A stretch of DNA of 64,000 bases from Octopus sinensis (GCF_006345805.1 NC_042999.1:98952001-99016000); one strand, 5' to 3'; positions 13,331 through 26,998 are shown, counted from the first letter of the stretch. Numbers and translations are program-made. Notes: a model not told the origin generated them from the letters alone.

Positions 13331-15006
13331 ATCTAGTGTAACCCCCTTAAGGTTCCTTTCCCCAATACTACTTTCAGTTCCACTTGGCTTCTTTTCATGC
13401 ATCATGAATTCTAAGTAAATTCAATTGCAGTGGCAATCAACAAATATATATTTAAAAAACAACACCTGGAAAGAACCATTTTGTAAGATAAAAACATGGT
13501 TGTTTTACTGCAGTGGATGTAAATATGGAAATGAGATGAAAGGCGAAGAAGTGAGAAAGGAAGCAGAATGAATATTTTTAGTTGAAAGGTTGCTAGGTTC
13601 ATAGGCATTTTGCCTCTTGCATCCCTAACTTAAACCATAAAAAACCCACACTTTACCCATGCATACACATGCACACACACATACACACACACATTCTGCT
13701 GTGTTGATCTACAACTTATTTTGCTATGGATTTTGTGATCATATTTTTACAATTATCGAGGTTGTTAGTTGGTATAGGTCCTTCAAAAGTTAGTGCATTA
13801 GCAATGGCTGTTGTATTGGTTTTGGTGTTGATGATAGGAGTGGTGATGAAAATGAATTTATACATACATACATACAGACAGACAGGCACACACACACACA
13901 CACAGATGGGTTGATAAAAATATAAGTAGTGGTTATAGGTTTTTCAAATTGTTCAAATTCATTTGAGTTTCCATAAGGCCAAAATTGCTGGCTATATCCC
14001 GACGTTTGTAGTCATACTCTACAGTTTTGTTAGTGTGAAATCTTGTAACCTGAGATAGCAATCACACAGATTAGGGACCTGTAAATACATATTACAGAAT
14101 ATATGTATATGAGTATATATGTATATACTGTCGTCACCACCAGTTGTGATGATGGTGGTAGTTTTCACAACTGCTTCCTAGGTAACAACAGTAAGTCACC
14201 CATATAATTCTAACTAGGAAAGGGCAAAGTAAATGTCATTATCTCTAGTCTTTAGTAGTGTCAAGAGCTTTAAGCAACTAAGAAACAAACGTCTCACTGA
14301 ATAAGATATCAGTCAATTTGCTATTTAATCCTTACCTCAAAAGTATGACATTTAGTCTTGCAAGCTATTGAGTGGTTTGTTGGTCTCACACAATGGTTAC
14401 TGCTTGGAGTGGGCAATGGTGCTAATCTTCACTACATATGCCATGTGAGGTTAAACTCCAGATCAACCGTGATCAAGCAGATCTATGGCCAAAGGACTTC
14501 CAGTCATGGCCAGCCCATTTTTTTAGGTATTGTGTATCTAGGATTATATTATTCAGTGTATCCTTTTATTTTTTTAAGATAGTTGGATGTGATTTAAAGG
14601 AGACTTACAATTTTTACTTCTAGCAGGTTGAGTGAATTCATATAGCAGTGGTTTCCAATGTTTCTCTGACTTCATTACACTTTTTTCCTATCTGTAAGGG
14701 ACGCAAAACACTAGGTTTACTACAGATCCATAGGAAAATTTTTAGACCTAATTGCAGTGTCTTATTCTCTCAGCACTGTTCCACTGGAATACAGACTTTG
14801 ATATTTTTTAGTTAATTGTATTGTTTAAATTTTAACCTTGTGACACATCAAACTATAATTAAAGAAACTTTGGTTGAACAACATTGACTTTGAAAATTAA
14901 GTGTCTCCATTAGGGAGTCACTCCAATGTGAGTAACAAAATATGAATTGCTCATCTCTTTCTGTCAGTTGTCTACCATCTGATAAACTCAACCAGCCATA
15001 CCAACA

Positions 15007-15216
15007 TAGGGGACACTGAAAAGTTCCTGTCTTTGGGTAAAAAAAAATACAGGAGGATCAGCTATGATTTTATTCAACATATTCCCCTCTTAGATTTACA
15101 CACTTATTGCCATGGTCCTTCAGATTTTCTAAGCCCTGTAAAAGAACTTGGAAGGTTGGGCCTCCAGCCAGGCCTTTCATGATACCCTTAAAGCAGGAAC
15201 TTTGCAACATCCCCTT
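15007..15216 (-). mobile_element. Mariner-derived MITE
   Basis: TIRs aggggacactgaaaagttcctg / caggaactttgcaacatcccct; the internal remnant resembles the transposase C-terminus (..EGNMLNK). Confidence 0.8.
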
Positions 15217-16024
15217 CCTTGTACTATATTAAGATAACTTCCCCATATAACCGATGAATAAAACTTGAAGTAAAACAGCCAAAACTAAAAAGGAAACTAT
15301 TATAATGCTTCTTTATTTGCAGTTGAGTAATACAACTACCCCTTTCTCTCCTGTCTCCTTACATCTTCAGTCTATCAATAGAACACAAAATTCAGTCCTA
15401 TTCTTCTTTTGTTTCCTTTTTTCTTCTGATCTGCCTTTTGATCATTCTTTTTTCCTTCTCTCTTGTGCATTCTCCCTCTCCCTCCCACTCTTTCTCCTTC
15501 CCTCTCTCTCTTTCTCCTTCCCTCTCTCTCTTCCCTCCCCTTCTCTCAATTTGATCTGTTGTTTTATTAACTATCTATCTCTCTGCATGTGCATATATGT
15601 GTATATATATGTGTGTGCGAAACTACAGATGTATGTAAGTGTGTATGTATGCATATATGTAATTTGTATGTGTGTGTGTGTGTGTATGTATATCTATATT
15701 TATCTATCTATTTAGCTATCTATCTATATTTCTATCTACCTATCTATACACACACACACACACACACATGCATGTATGGATGTATATGTGTGAGGTGAGT
15801 ATATATATGGTGTCATTCAGCTGGCACCTATACCAGTGGTATGTAAAATCATCCATTACACTCTTGGAGTGGTTGTCATTAGGAAGAGCATCCAGCCATA
15901 GAAACCATGCCAAATCAGACTGGAGTCTGGTTCAGCCCCTCAGCTTACCAGCCCTGGTCAAACCATCCAGCCCATGATGATGATGATGATGTATATATGT
16001 TTATATACATATACATATGTGCAT

Positions 16025-16067
<43 letters not shown>

Positions 16068-16100
16068 AAAAAAGGAGATGTCGAACACGAGTGGTGATAT

Positions 16101-16624
16101 ATAAAAAAGGAAATGAAGAAAATGCTGACAAATAATTGAAGTAATTTAAGTAATTTAATTAGGTGAAAGTTCTTTTTACCGGTTGCGCATTTGTTATGCT
16201 TATCAAAATATAAAAGAGAGCTATTTAAAATATCCACATGACGTCTACTGACCAGCCTGAACAATAAGAATTTTCAAAAACACTAAACATTCACGTGACC
16301 TCTTTATTATGGCCAATAAGAAATTTTAGGCGGGACACTAGCCAAACTTTAACTTCTCTGGAGCCTTTTTTCTTACCCCAACACCAACTTCCATTCAAAC
16401 ATTCACGTGACCCCTTCATAATGACCAATCAAAATTTTAGGCGCGAAACCAAGCAAATCCAAAACAACTCTGGAGCCTCTTTTTTTCACATATAAGAGAC
16501 AGACTCTAATCTCTCTTTTATATTTTGATAAGCATAACAAATGCGCAACCGGTAAAAAGAACTTTCACCTAATTAAATTACTTAAATTACTTCAATTATT
16601 TGTCAGCATTTTCTTCATTTCCTT

Positions 16625-16630
<6 letters not shown>
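16101..16630. repeat. About 120-bp perfect inverted repeat around a 290-bp spacer
   Basis: 16101-16220 versus 16511-16630, identical apart from A/T-run length. The spacer has two imperfect direct copies of aaacattcacgtgacc...aattttaggcg...ctctggagcc. Confidence 0.95.
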
Positions 16631-16672
<42 letters not shown>

Positions 16673-17009
16673 ATCAAATGGATGTCTTATAAAACTATTC
16701 TGCACATAAAATAACAGCCATACCTACAATCCAACATACCTCCAGCATCAGCTGCCCCAAGGATATCACTATGGTTTCGACACCTGGGCAGTACCATTCA
16801 ATCTGACAGTGTCAACAGCACTAAAATAAGTGTTGTTTGGGAACAAACATACCTTTGATATCACCGCATTCATTCAATTTTAACCAATTAAACTACAACA
16901 AAGAAACCACATTTACCCTATGTACAAAAACAGTATCGGAAAATTAATAATTCTGTAAGTAAGCCTAGGGTGTATGTGCATAAGCACATTTCTATGTATA
17001 TGTGTATAT

Positions 17010-17155
17010 ATGCATATAAGAGGGATGACCACTAAGTGGACATCCAATATGTTAGAAGATCACCTACTATTTAACCACAATCTAACTACAATCATAGGTG
17101 ATCTTCTTCTAGCATATTGGATGTCCACTTAGTGGTCATCCCTTCTTATACGCAT
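17010..17155. mobile_element. Hairpin MITE
   Basis: About 55-bp arms gcatataagaggggatgaccactaagtggacatccaatatg..atcaccta and its complement. Confidence 0.85.
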
Positions 17156-17329
17156 GTAATACAATTTTTCTGAATTTTCAAATTTTTCTATATGCTAAGC
17201 TACTGGTTTTAAATTGATGTTAATTAAATTAATATTCAATTTATCACCCTAATTATTTATATATATGTGTATATATGTATGTGTTAGTGTATGTATGTGT
17301 ACTTATGTAAGCATCAATGTATGTAAGAA

Positions 17330-17426
17330 TTCAGCAGTACATATACTAAAATGGGAATGATACAGAAAAGATTAGCATGGCCCCTGTGCAAGGATAACAT
17401 GTAAATTCATGAAGGGTTCCATATTT
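17330..17426 (+). pseudogene. U6: U6 snRNA retrocopy
   Basis: ttcagcagtacatatactaaaatgggaatgatacagaaaagattagcatggcccctgtgcaaggataacatgtaaattcatgaagggttccatattt aligns along canonical U6, with CpG decay and ACAGAGA changed to ACAGAAA. No evident upstream TATA/PSE. Confidence 0.93.
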
Positions 17427-17617
17427 CCCCCTACCATTGTTTGACAACCGATACTGGTGTGTTTATGTCCCTGTAACTTAGCGGTTTGGCAAAACAGATG
17501 ATAGAGTAAGTACAAAGCTTACAAAGAATAGGTCCAGGGGTTGATTTGTCTGACTAAAGGTGGTGCTACAGCATGGTCGCAGTCAAATGACTGAAACAAA
17601 TAAAAGAATAAAAGAAT
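17427..17617 (+). mobile_element. SINE family A 3' half, joined to U6 copy
   Basis: ccccctaccattgtttgacaaccgatactggtgtg...gactgaaacaaataaaagaataaaagaat. Confidence 0.9.
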
Positions 17618-17927
17618 GCATACAAGTCTGAATTCATATATGAATGTATGTAATTCAATATTTGTGTCTATCACAAGGAACTTCATGTTTGCAATCTGTT
17701 GGGTAGAATAATACATACATGCATACAAACATACACACGTACATACATACATACATACATACATACATACATACATACATACATAAATACATACATACAT
17801 ACATACATACATACATGCACACATCCACACACACATGCACCCCCCCCACACACAAACATATCTATGGATGTATGCATGTATATACATGTGTGCATATATG
17901 CATGTATACACACATGTATATTCATCA

Positions 17928-18245
17928 TCATCATCGTTTAGCATCCTCTTTCCATACTGGCATGGGTTGGACAGTTTGACAGGAGATGGCCTGGCAGAAG
18001 ACCAGGCACCATACTTCTGTGTGTGTTTTGGTATAGTTTTTATGGCTGGATGCCCTTCCTAGCACTAATCAACCTGTAGAGTGAGCTGAGTGCTTTTTAT
18101 GTGGCACCAGCACAGGTGAGGTCAGTTTTGGCATGGTTTTACAGCTGAATGCCTTTCCAAATGCCAACCACTTTATAGTGTGAACTGGATGTTTTTTACA
18201 TGGCACCTGCACTGGCAGGGTCACCAAGTAACTTATAAGACAAGG
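17928..18245 (-). mobile_element. RTE 3' UTR/tail solo fragment (also about 15820-15990(+), 31975-32430 and 50575-51060)
   Basis: (CAT)n cgtttagc.tcc.tttccat.ctggcatgggttggac..ggatgcccttcctaa, the same sequence as the 37335-37540 LINE end. Confidence 0.85.
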
Positions 18246-19369
18246 AATCTTTGAGAGGAGAGGGGACATTGGCAGTGGTGCTCTTGTGTCTGATGATTAG
18301 TGTGACAGAAAGACAGGAACAAATGTCTTGCTGTGGAGGAGATACATGGTTACCAAGCCAGAGAGAGAGAGAGAGAGTTAACAAGAAAGAGGGTTCACAC
18401 ACACACATATACATACACATACAGTTATATATAAATATATATATTCATATATATATTTTAGTGAGCTTTTAGCCCACTAATTTAATATAATGTCCGGTCA
18501 ACCTTCGATAGCTGTGGGAATTAATCCAGTGAGAAACAACAACAATTCGTATGAGTTTTCAAAGACTTCATGTACATAGTGTATTTATTCCAATCCGGGA
18601 TGAGAGCATTTATACACAGCTTGCATATTAACATTTAACAGAACAGAATGGAAGTTTAATAAGAAAAGGTTTTCATCTTGCTGCCTTCCATGACTGGTAT
18701 AGTGGATTCAACTAAATTCAAATCAACGCAGGGTAGTCCAGTAGCAGGAACAGAGATGGAGATGATGCAGTTAGCAGCAGGCCACGTGGGATAGAAAAAC
18801 AGGCTGTTACTTGGCTGTGTGCATCTTTTTATCCCTATCTAATGAGCGCCACCTAGTTGTTAATGATGTGACAGGGGAGATAACTCTAGATGATCCTCAT
18901 TAAGACATGGATTCAAATAAGGTTGCCTACAAAATATTTGTGTACATACTAGCATGCAGGCTTGTTTCTAATTTAGAGTTACCATGCAAAAGAAAGATAC
19001 AAATATGCACTTAAACTCATGCATTCTTTCACACATAAATATACCCATACATACTTGAATATGTACGCAAACATTTGTGCATGCACACAAACCTATATAT
19101 ACTGGTGTGTAGTATGCACGTGTATTCCCTCCACCATGGTGACTCTAGGTTTCTAGACAGTGTCAATAATCTATGTTTGTAAACTATTTGTGAATTATGG
19201 TATAATAACTTTGTCAAACAAATGCTATTACTACAGTGAACAATAAATACTAGAAATAATATAAACTCATATAAAAGACTTTAGAAGATTTATTCTCTCA
19301 CAGGGTTCCTTTTCTCTTTCACCACTCTACACCTAAATCTTTTTATTTCTCTATCATATATATATATAC

Positions 19370-19428
<59 letters not shown>

Positions 19429-19493
19429 TAAAAACGGTAAGATAACAAAAGAAAGAAAGAGACCTCAATATTATGTAAATAGAGGAAAAATTT

Positions 19494-19649
19494 ATCTGTA
19501 AATTAATATGTTACCATTATACAATAGTCAAGATAAAACTCTGAGTTTCAGATAACCGAAGAGATGGTGTTGTGGATTTCCACTTCGGCATCTGAAACTC
19601 AGAGTTTTATCTTGACTATTGTATAATGGTAACATATCAATTTACAGAT
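19494..19649. repeat. Near-perfect hairpin (60-bp arms, 59/60)
   Basis: 19494-19553 versus 19590-19649, one mismatch; ccgaag/cttcgg extends the stem. Confidence 0.95.
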
Positions 19650-19748
19650 ATATATATAACACACATATATATATCATCATCATCATCATCATCATCATCA
19701 TCGGAGAACGGACGTTAAACGATGATGATGATGATGATGATGATGATG

Positions 19749-19784
<36 letters not shown>

Positions 19785-20837
19785 TAGATAAAGATAGCTA
19801 TGGCCTGTCTATGGGGTTATCCTGAGTTTCACATCCACCAAGCGCTTAGCTTTATGGTGTGTCTTCAAACCCTATATGTGTGTGTGTGTACACATGCACA
19901 TTCACACACACACACATATACACTTAGGGTGTTGTACTCATGATCACAGGATTGTGGTTTTGATCTTCCAGCTGGGCAGTGCACTATGTTCTCGAGTAAG
20001 ACACTTCATCCCTTATTGGTCTGTAATCATTTTGGTATTGGATGTGTGCCAGTTTCAATTTAGACCTGAACCAATAGGGTTTGGTTTAGAACCTGAAACT
20101 ATAGGGTTTGAGGATTCACACGGTTTTGCTAATTCAAAACATGACAAGATAATAAAGAGGGCCCCAAAACTTAAAAGGGCCTTGAAAACTTAATAAATGC
20201 CTTGAAAGATTCAGAGGGACTTAGTTAAATTTAATGGCTTCTTAAACCAAAAAGGGCCTAATTAAATCAAAAGTAGGCTCAATAATTTTTAAATAACTCT
20301 ACTGGGTTAAAAAGTTTGAACTTCATCTCCCACTCTCTTTTTGAACTCTCACGAACTTACTTGCCCAATCCTCTGTACCATTTCACTTGTATTCACCTCC
20401 TTGCACCTTGAGGCTATTATGCCCCAACACCTCTTCACCACCATTCTCTCACACCCTAATGAACCTATCAATCTATTCTTCCGGATTCTGTGTTTGTATT
20501 CTCTCTTATGCTCCCTTTCTTGCACCTCATACATTCTTACACCTTGTCACCACCATCTTTCTCTTCTGTCCAGCTACTCTTACCTACCCTTATATAATGC
20601 AAAGTAACCACATATCTCTTCTATAGCAAGACACACGTGCCTATCCCTCTATCATAATTTAGCCACTCAACAAACAGATGGCATAAAGTCACCTCCCTCC
20701 TCACTACAGCCCAACTTTTTTTTCTCTGTCTTGCTAATTACTTGACACAGAGCACGCAGTACACTCTGAAAAGGTGTTGTATACTGCTTTGCCTATGTGC
20801 TTCTCTATTCTGCCTTGATTATCACCTAGTGTATACC

Positions 20838-21068
20838 TATTTCTTTACTACCCACAAGGGGCTAAACACAGAGAGGACAAACAAGGACAGACACACGGAT
20901 TAAGTCGATTACATCGACCCCAGTGCTTAACTGGTACTTAATTTATCAACCCCGAAAGGATGAAAGGTAAAGTCGACCTTGGCGGAATTTGAACTCAGAA
21001 CGTAACAGCAGACGAAATACGGCTACGCATTTCGCCTGGCGTGCTAACGATTCTGCCAGCTCGCCACT
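20838..21068 (-). mobile_element. SINE family B, Tx1-like tail variant, with 11-bp TSD
   Basis: tRNA-like head GGCGAGCTGGCAGAATCGTTAGCACGCC...GAGTTCAAATTCC and core ctttcatcctttcggggt..ataaattaagtaccag. TAGTGTATACC occurs at 20827-20837 and 21069-21079. Confidence 0.92.
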
Positions 21069-22738
21069 TAGTGTATACCATTGCTTCTCCTGCCATTTCT
21101 TTGCATTTTCCCATCATCTTTTCGGCTGACTGTACCATTCATCCATAACAGAAATGAAAGTTCTCAATTTGCACATATTGAATATCATGCCTCCAACGCC
21201 TATATCAGGCTACCCTTCTTTCCTCTATTTTCCTGAATAATGAAGCTTGACCAGAATATGAGTTTACTCTGGCAACCCTTACCTAACCTTCTTGATCCTT
21301 CTGTTATACTCTCTTGAACATGTTACCTTAGAGATATGTTCTAGCTCCTCATCATCATCTTATCTCTCATCTAAACTTCCCTATACTTTCCTATATACGG
21401 TCCTGACCAAAAGTTTTGAACATTTAAAAAAAAATTAAAATTATTATGCCCAAGTACAATCCAATTCAAATATATACAGCGTAGAAATATACTTACCTAA
21501 TAACTGATCCAGTGGTTCGATATCTAGAAGAAAAAATTTCCAATATTTTGTAAATCAAATATAACTTCGGGCATTTAATATAAAAACTCTAGTTTCCAGA
21601 CCTGTGTTCCAAATTTTGGCCACAATGTTTAATGTGGAATAGCACTGTAACTTCTTCTTCTCAAGTTATCCCAATGTCCTTATCACTCTTTGACTCTCAT
21701 TCACTAATCTCCTACCACTAGTTTTCTTTTTCCCTCCTTTTACATTACCACCATCTTATTCCACCCTTATGTACCACTTTACGTAACCAAGTATAACATG
21801 GGTGCATCTGCAGCTCCACTTACCCAGCTCTCCTCAATGTTCTGTCTTTCTATTGTTGTTCCTCACTAACCTCTCTGACACTATGTTTTCAGTTTCTTTC
21901 CTATTACTCCTTTCTCTCAAATTGTCTTTGTTAGTCTCTCCTCTACCACTTAGTCTCTACTGTAATCCTGTGTAACTCCAATATGAAATGACTTGGATCT
22001 GACAAACCATCAACTTGTGCTGGCCTGGTAAACTGACTGATCCACTCTCATCACTAGGTTCTCCTACCGATAGATAAATTGATGGATGGATGGATGGACA
22101 GACGGACTAGTCTGAGTAGATAAAAATAAAGTCATTTAAAAACAAGCTTAAGAATAACGGAGCCTTAATGAATGAGAATAGAGTCATATATAGGGTAAAG
22201 ATCAAGTTAATGATGCTGTCAAGTTTCATGTTTTGGTTTGTTCAGCCTATGAAACAAGTTTTGCTTGTTAGTAATTTTATTTAAGATGGAAAGCCTCATC
22301 TAAAAGACAAGTGTGTATATGATGAGATTTACATCTGTTGAAAACATTACAATGAAAGGAATTTTGATTTCATTCAAGATTGCGAAATAAATTAAAGGTA
22401 AAAGGTCAACAAATCAAGTATAAATGTCAGCAGATGGGTTGGTGAAAAAAAAAAAAAGGTTAGAGAAGAAAGAAAGAAAAGAAATAGACATATAAAGAAT
22501 AAGAATGTTAATTGGATATAGGTCAGTATTCAGTCTAGGAAAAAATGGATACTTTGGCATAATTCTGGGAGCTCATAGATGGTCTGAGATAAGAATGCTT
22601 TTATATTAAATAAATAATGTTAACGTATCAATACAATCTATGTGAAAAATTTTTTAAACTTTTTAAATAAGTGGTGCTCAAGCATGACCACAGCTGCATG
22701 GCTGAAACATATAAAGGAATAAATATGTGTATAAGAAT

Positions 22739-22972
22739 ACTCTTTACTTGTTTCAGTCATTTGACTGTGGCCATGCTGGAGCACCGCCTTTAGTCAAGCA
22801 AATCGACCCCAAGACCTATTCTTTGTAAGCCTAGTACTTATTCTATCAGTCTCTTTTGCCAAACTGCTAAGTTACGGGGACATAAACACACCACCATCGG
22901 TTGTCAAGCGATGTTTGGGGGGACAAACATAGACACACAAACATTTACACACACACATGCATACATACATTC

Positions 22973-23046
<74 letters not shown>

Positions 23047-23201
23047 GACAGGCTTCTTTCAGTTTCCGTCTACCAAATCCACTCACAAGGCTTTGGTCGG
23101 CCCGAGGCTATAGTAGAAGAGACTTGCCCAAGGTGCCACACAGTGGATCTGAACCCAGAACCATGTGGTTGGTAAGCAAACTACTTACCACACAGCTACT
23201 C
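22739..23201 (-). mobile_element. SINE family A
   Basis: Full-length reverse copy. Confidence 0.9.
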
Positions 23202-25302
23202 TCTAAAATAATTTTAAAATTTATGCCAGTAGAAGAAAAAAAAAAATTACTATAAATTCATATTCATAGGTTTTCCATAAAAATCATGTGAGTGCATGAC
23301 TTATTGTTCAACGGTATTGCACTCATGATCTGTGGTTTCAGTTCATGGACTAGGTGATATCTGTGTTCTTGAGCAAAACACTTCATTACATGTTGCTCCA
23401 GTTCACTTGTTGGCACAGATGAGCAACGTTGAGATGGGCTGCTATCTCATCCAGGGGATGTGGGAGGGCTCATTTTTATGTCGAGGCTCCTGCACTCATT
23501 CTCTCCATAACAACAAGCCTTTCTCCAACAACTCATCTTCCTGACACCATACTCTCTCTCCATTCATGTTTGTCACTCACAGAATTCCACCCTCCATCTC
23601 CCCTTCACCTTTTGCACTTTTGCAAACTTATCTGCCAATGATCTCTCCCTGACAAGTCTTTCTCTTCGACAACTCATCTTCTAAACCTTCTTGTGTTCAT
23701 TCACTGCATTCCATTACCCACAACTTTCCACTTCTTTCTCACTCTTGCAGGCTTATCTGCCCACTTACCCCATTCAATCCTGTGTACCACTTCAATTATA
23801 TAAACACCCCACTATAGTTTGGGGGGTATGCTCTGAGACATGATCTTCACCATCTTTCTCCTCTCTCAAATGGAGTAGCCATGTAGCTCCTCTTCAGCAA
23901 GACATCTGCTTCTGTCCCTAGAAACCATGCCAATGCAGACAGTGCAGCTTGGTGCGGTTGTCTGGCTCACCAATTCCTGTCAAACTGCCCAATCCATGCC
24001 AGTACAGAAAGTAGACATCGCACACACACACACACACACATGTGCACGCGCATATATGTATGTACTTGGGTGAGTAGAAAAATGAAAGAAAGAACCACTC
24101 ACCACATCTAGTTGGAGTTACATATATTATTATTTAAAACAGTTTGCGTTGGCCCCATGGGACTTAAAGTTTTCTAGGTTTCTAATAGAAGCCTGGCTCA
24201 TTTCACTCACTTAACTGAATGGGGATGATGCAGGAAGTCCATTGGTCAATGCAGGTCAAAAATGTTGTTAGAAGTGAGATCAACATTTCTGTGACACCAT
24301 ATGCATTAAAATGGAGAATGTCTTAGATCATGTGGCTGAACATGAAACTGGTAGCACTTTTGTGTGTGACTAGTCCTTGTAGGGACCTGCGGGTGAGGGT
24401 GTGTGTGAGTAAGCCAGATATATGCGTGTGTAGATATGGGTGTCTGATGCCTATGCATGTGTATCTGTTGTGTGTGTGTGTGTGGAGAGATGTATATGGG
24501 TTGTGCATGTGTGTAAGTTGGCATGTAGGCAAGGGCCACAGGGCTGATCAACTGATTCCATTCTATTAAGAGAAGGTTGGCCTGTAGATTGCACAGTTTG
24601 ACATAGTGAACTTCTACCCTTCTATATCAAAACCTATTGTCGTAAAAGCCCTAATAAATTAAGGGTATACGTTTCTGTTCAAAGAGCAGACAATTGAGTT
24701 GATCAAGCAATTGAATCCTCACCATCGAAACCCATTTGTATACACACACACATACACACACCACACACCAGGGCACACACACACACATGCCCCATACACT
24801 TACATAATCTTTTTTGTCCTCTTGTTATGTCAAATGTTTTTTCTTTCTTGGATTAAAATGATAGTATATTAAAACTAATTACTCTGCCAGTCATTTCTGA
24901 CTTCCTTCTCACTCCTTCTCCTACCAAATAACCAACCAATCAAACCTCCCTTACTAACCCTTCATCTTCCTATGCTCAATCCCTGATCTCCTATAGTTTG
25001 TAGTAAGAGTTGATATTATAGCAGCAGTTGTTAATGTGGTGAGCTGGCAGAATCTTTAGCATGCCAGGTAAAATCTTTGCAGCATTTTGTCCATCCTTAC
25101 ATTCTGAGTTCAACTTCTGCTAAGGTTGACGTTGTTGTTCATCCTTTCAGGGTTCATAAAATAGATACTAATTGAACACTGGGGTTGATGGAATCAATTT
25201 ATTCCCTCCTCTGAAATTGCTGACCTTGTACCAAAATTTGAAACCATTATAGTAGCAGTTGTTGCCATTGTAGTTATTTAAGTTGTACCTGTTGTTGTAC
25301 AG

Positions 25303-25615
25303 GAACATGGCTTAGTGGTTAGGGTATTCTGCTTACGATCATAAGGTCATGAGTTCAATTCCCCATGGTGCGTTGTGACCCTGAGCAAGACACATTATTT
25401 CACTTTGCTCCAGTCCACTCAGCTGGCAAAAATGAGTAGTACCTGTATTTCAAAGGGCCAGTCTTGTCACACTCTGTGTCACGCTGAATCTCCCTGAGAA
25501 CTACATTAAGGGTACACGTGCCTGTGGAGTGCACAGCCACTTGCATGTTAATTTCATGAGCAAGCTGTTTCATTGATCGTATCTGCTGGGACCCTCGTCA
25601 TCATAACTGACAGAG
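25303..25615 (+). mobile_element. SINE family C (tRNA head + ctgagcaagacac core); reverse copy at 29415-29715; fragments at about 4900-4995, 11060-11150, 23300-23460, 44170-44330 and 57640-57815
   Basis: catggcttagtggttagggtatt...gagttcaattcc head; the body is colinear between 25303-25615 and 29415-29715. Confidence 0.85.
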
Positions 25616-26998
25616 TTCTCCTTTTACCTGTCATCATAGATACTGTAGTAAGCACATTACAGTTGATACTGTTGTTGCTATAATTGTAATTATTTAACCT
25701 CAGATCAGTGTTTATCAAACGGATCTGTGATCAAAGACATTCTAGCCATAACTACCTGATATTTATCCTATGAGTAAGGAACTCAGGACCTCATTATCCA
25801 AAGTTTCCTTTCCTAGGACAGTGAGGTGAGATTTAAGGGAAATTTGACTGTTATTTTCAGCTGATTGAGGGATTTTTGTACTCTTTACTTGTTTTGTTTT
25901 TTTTTTGTTTTTTATTTGGTATAATTTTAGTAGTAGTAGTAGTAGTTGCATATTTTTGTTGATCTAATTCTCGTTGTTGCTGCTGTTGCTACTGATACTG
26001 ATGCTCTCTTTTTATTTCTAATGTAACCATTAATGTTGCAACTGCTACTACTGTCGCTGTATAAATCAGCACTTCATCTCTTAAAAAAAAATGAAAAAAA
26101 AAATAGAATATTGACAAGTAGGATAAAGAGGAGAAGGGGATAGAAAGAGATTTGTCAATTTCCTCTGAGAAAGTAGGTTTCTTCAGAAAGTGTGTCTCAG
26201 TTGAAATTGGGTGATCACTAGCAAACCAGTGTTCAGTGCTAAATAGTTCAGTGCTTCAGATACTTGTCAGCTGCAATGACAACATTGCTTCAATAACAGT
26301 TCAAGCTCTGGAGATTGACAAGCACTCTTGGATGATTTGTATATTTAGGAGCACACGTGAACCTGCAGATATCAAGCACACATCATGCATGCAAATTATG
26401 TGTGTATGTGTGTGTGTATGCACATGCGTTTCTATGTGCATGCACATATGCATGTATCTTTATATAGATATATGCATGTATACATGCATATATGTATCAA
26501 TATATGTATGCTTGTATATATGTATTATGTGTGTATGCATATATGTATATCTGTGTGTAATGAAATAGTTGATGAAAGGTAATGACAGTGAAAAACATCT
26601 GCTGTCTTTTATTTCATTAAGAAAATTAGGTTGATCATGACAGATGAAAACAAAAGATTTCAGCATATAGCACAAACTGAAAACAGCAAGAGCTCTATGG
26701 AAATGTCCATTGTCACAACTATGTGGCAGAGTTCATATTTACACAAAAGTTCATTATAACATTAATATGAATAGGGAATATATCAAATGATATCAAAAGA
26801 TTTCTATCTTGTGTGAGTCTGTGGGAATATGTACATGTGTATGTGAGAGTGTGTTCTTTTTTGCCTCCAGCTGACAACATGTTATTAGAGTGACATCAGG
26901 TTTCTCATACTGTATTGTAAAAGAGTATATGAGTGAATGTCTTTTTCAATTGTACAGTTTGGTATTGTGCTGTGCTACACTGTAACAATCTCTATTAA

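Larger units (their letters stand above)
20320..23960 (-). mobile_element. Scattered very old LINE-like fragments (20320-20640, 21070-21400, 21640-22070, 23460-23960)
   Basis: Purine-rich minus strand with broken APE/RT-like peptides; the family is not securely assignable. Confidence 0.35.

Noticed and set aside
22287-22390. tttatttaagATGGAAAGCCTCATC, similar to the start of the preceding RGS7 exon
   Set aside because: There is an in-frame TAA after five codons and no further similarity.
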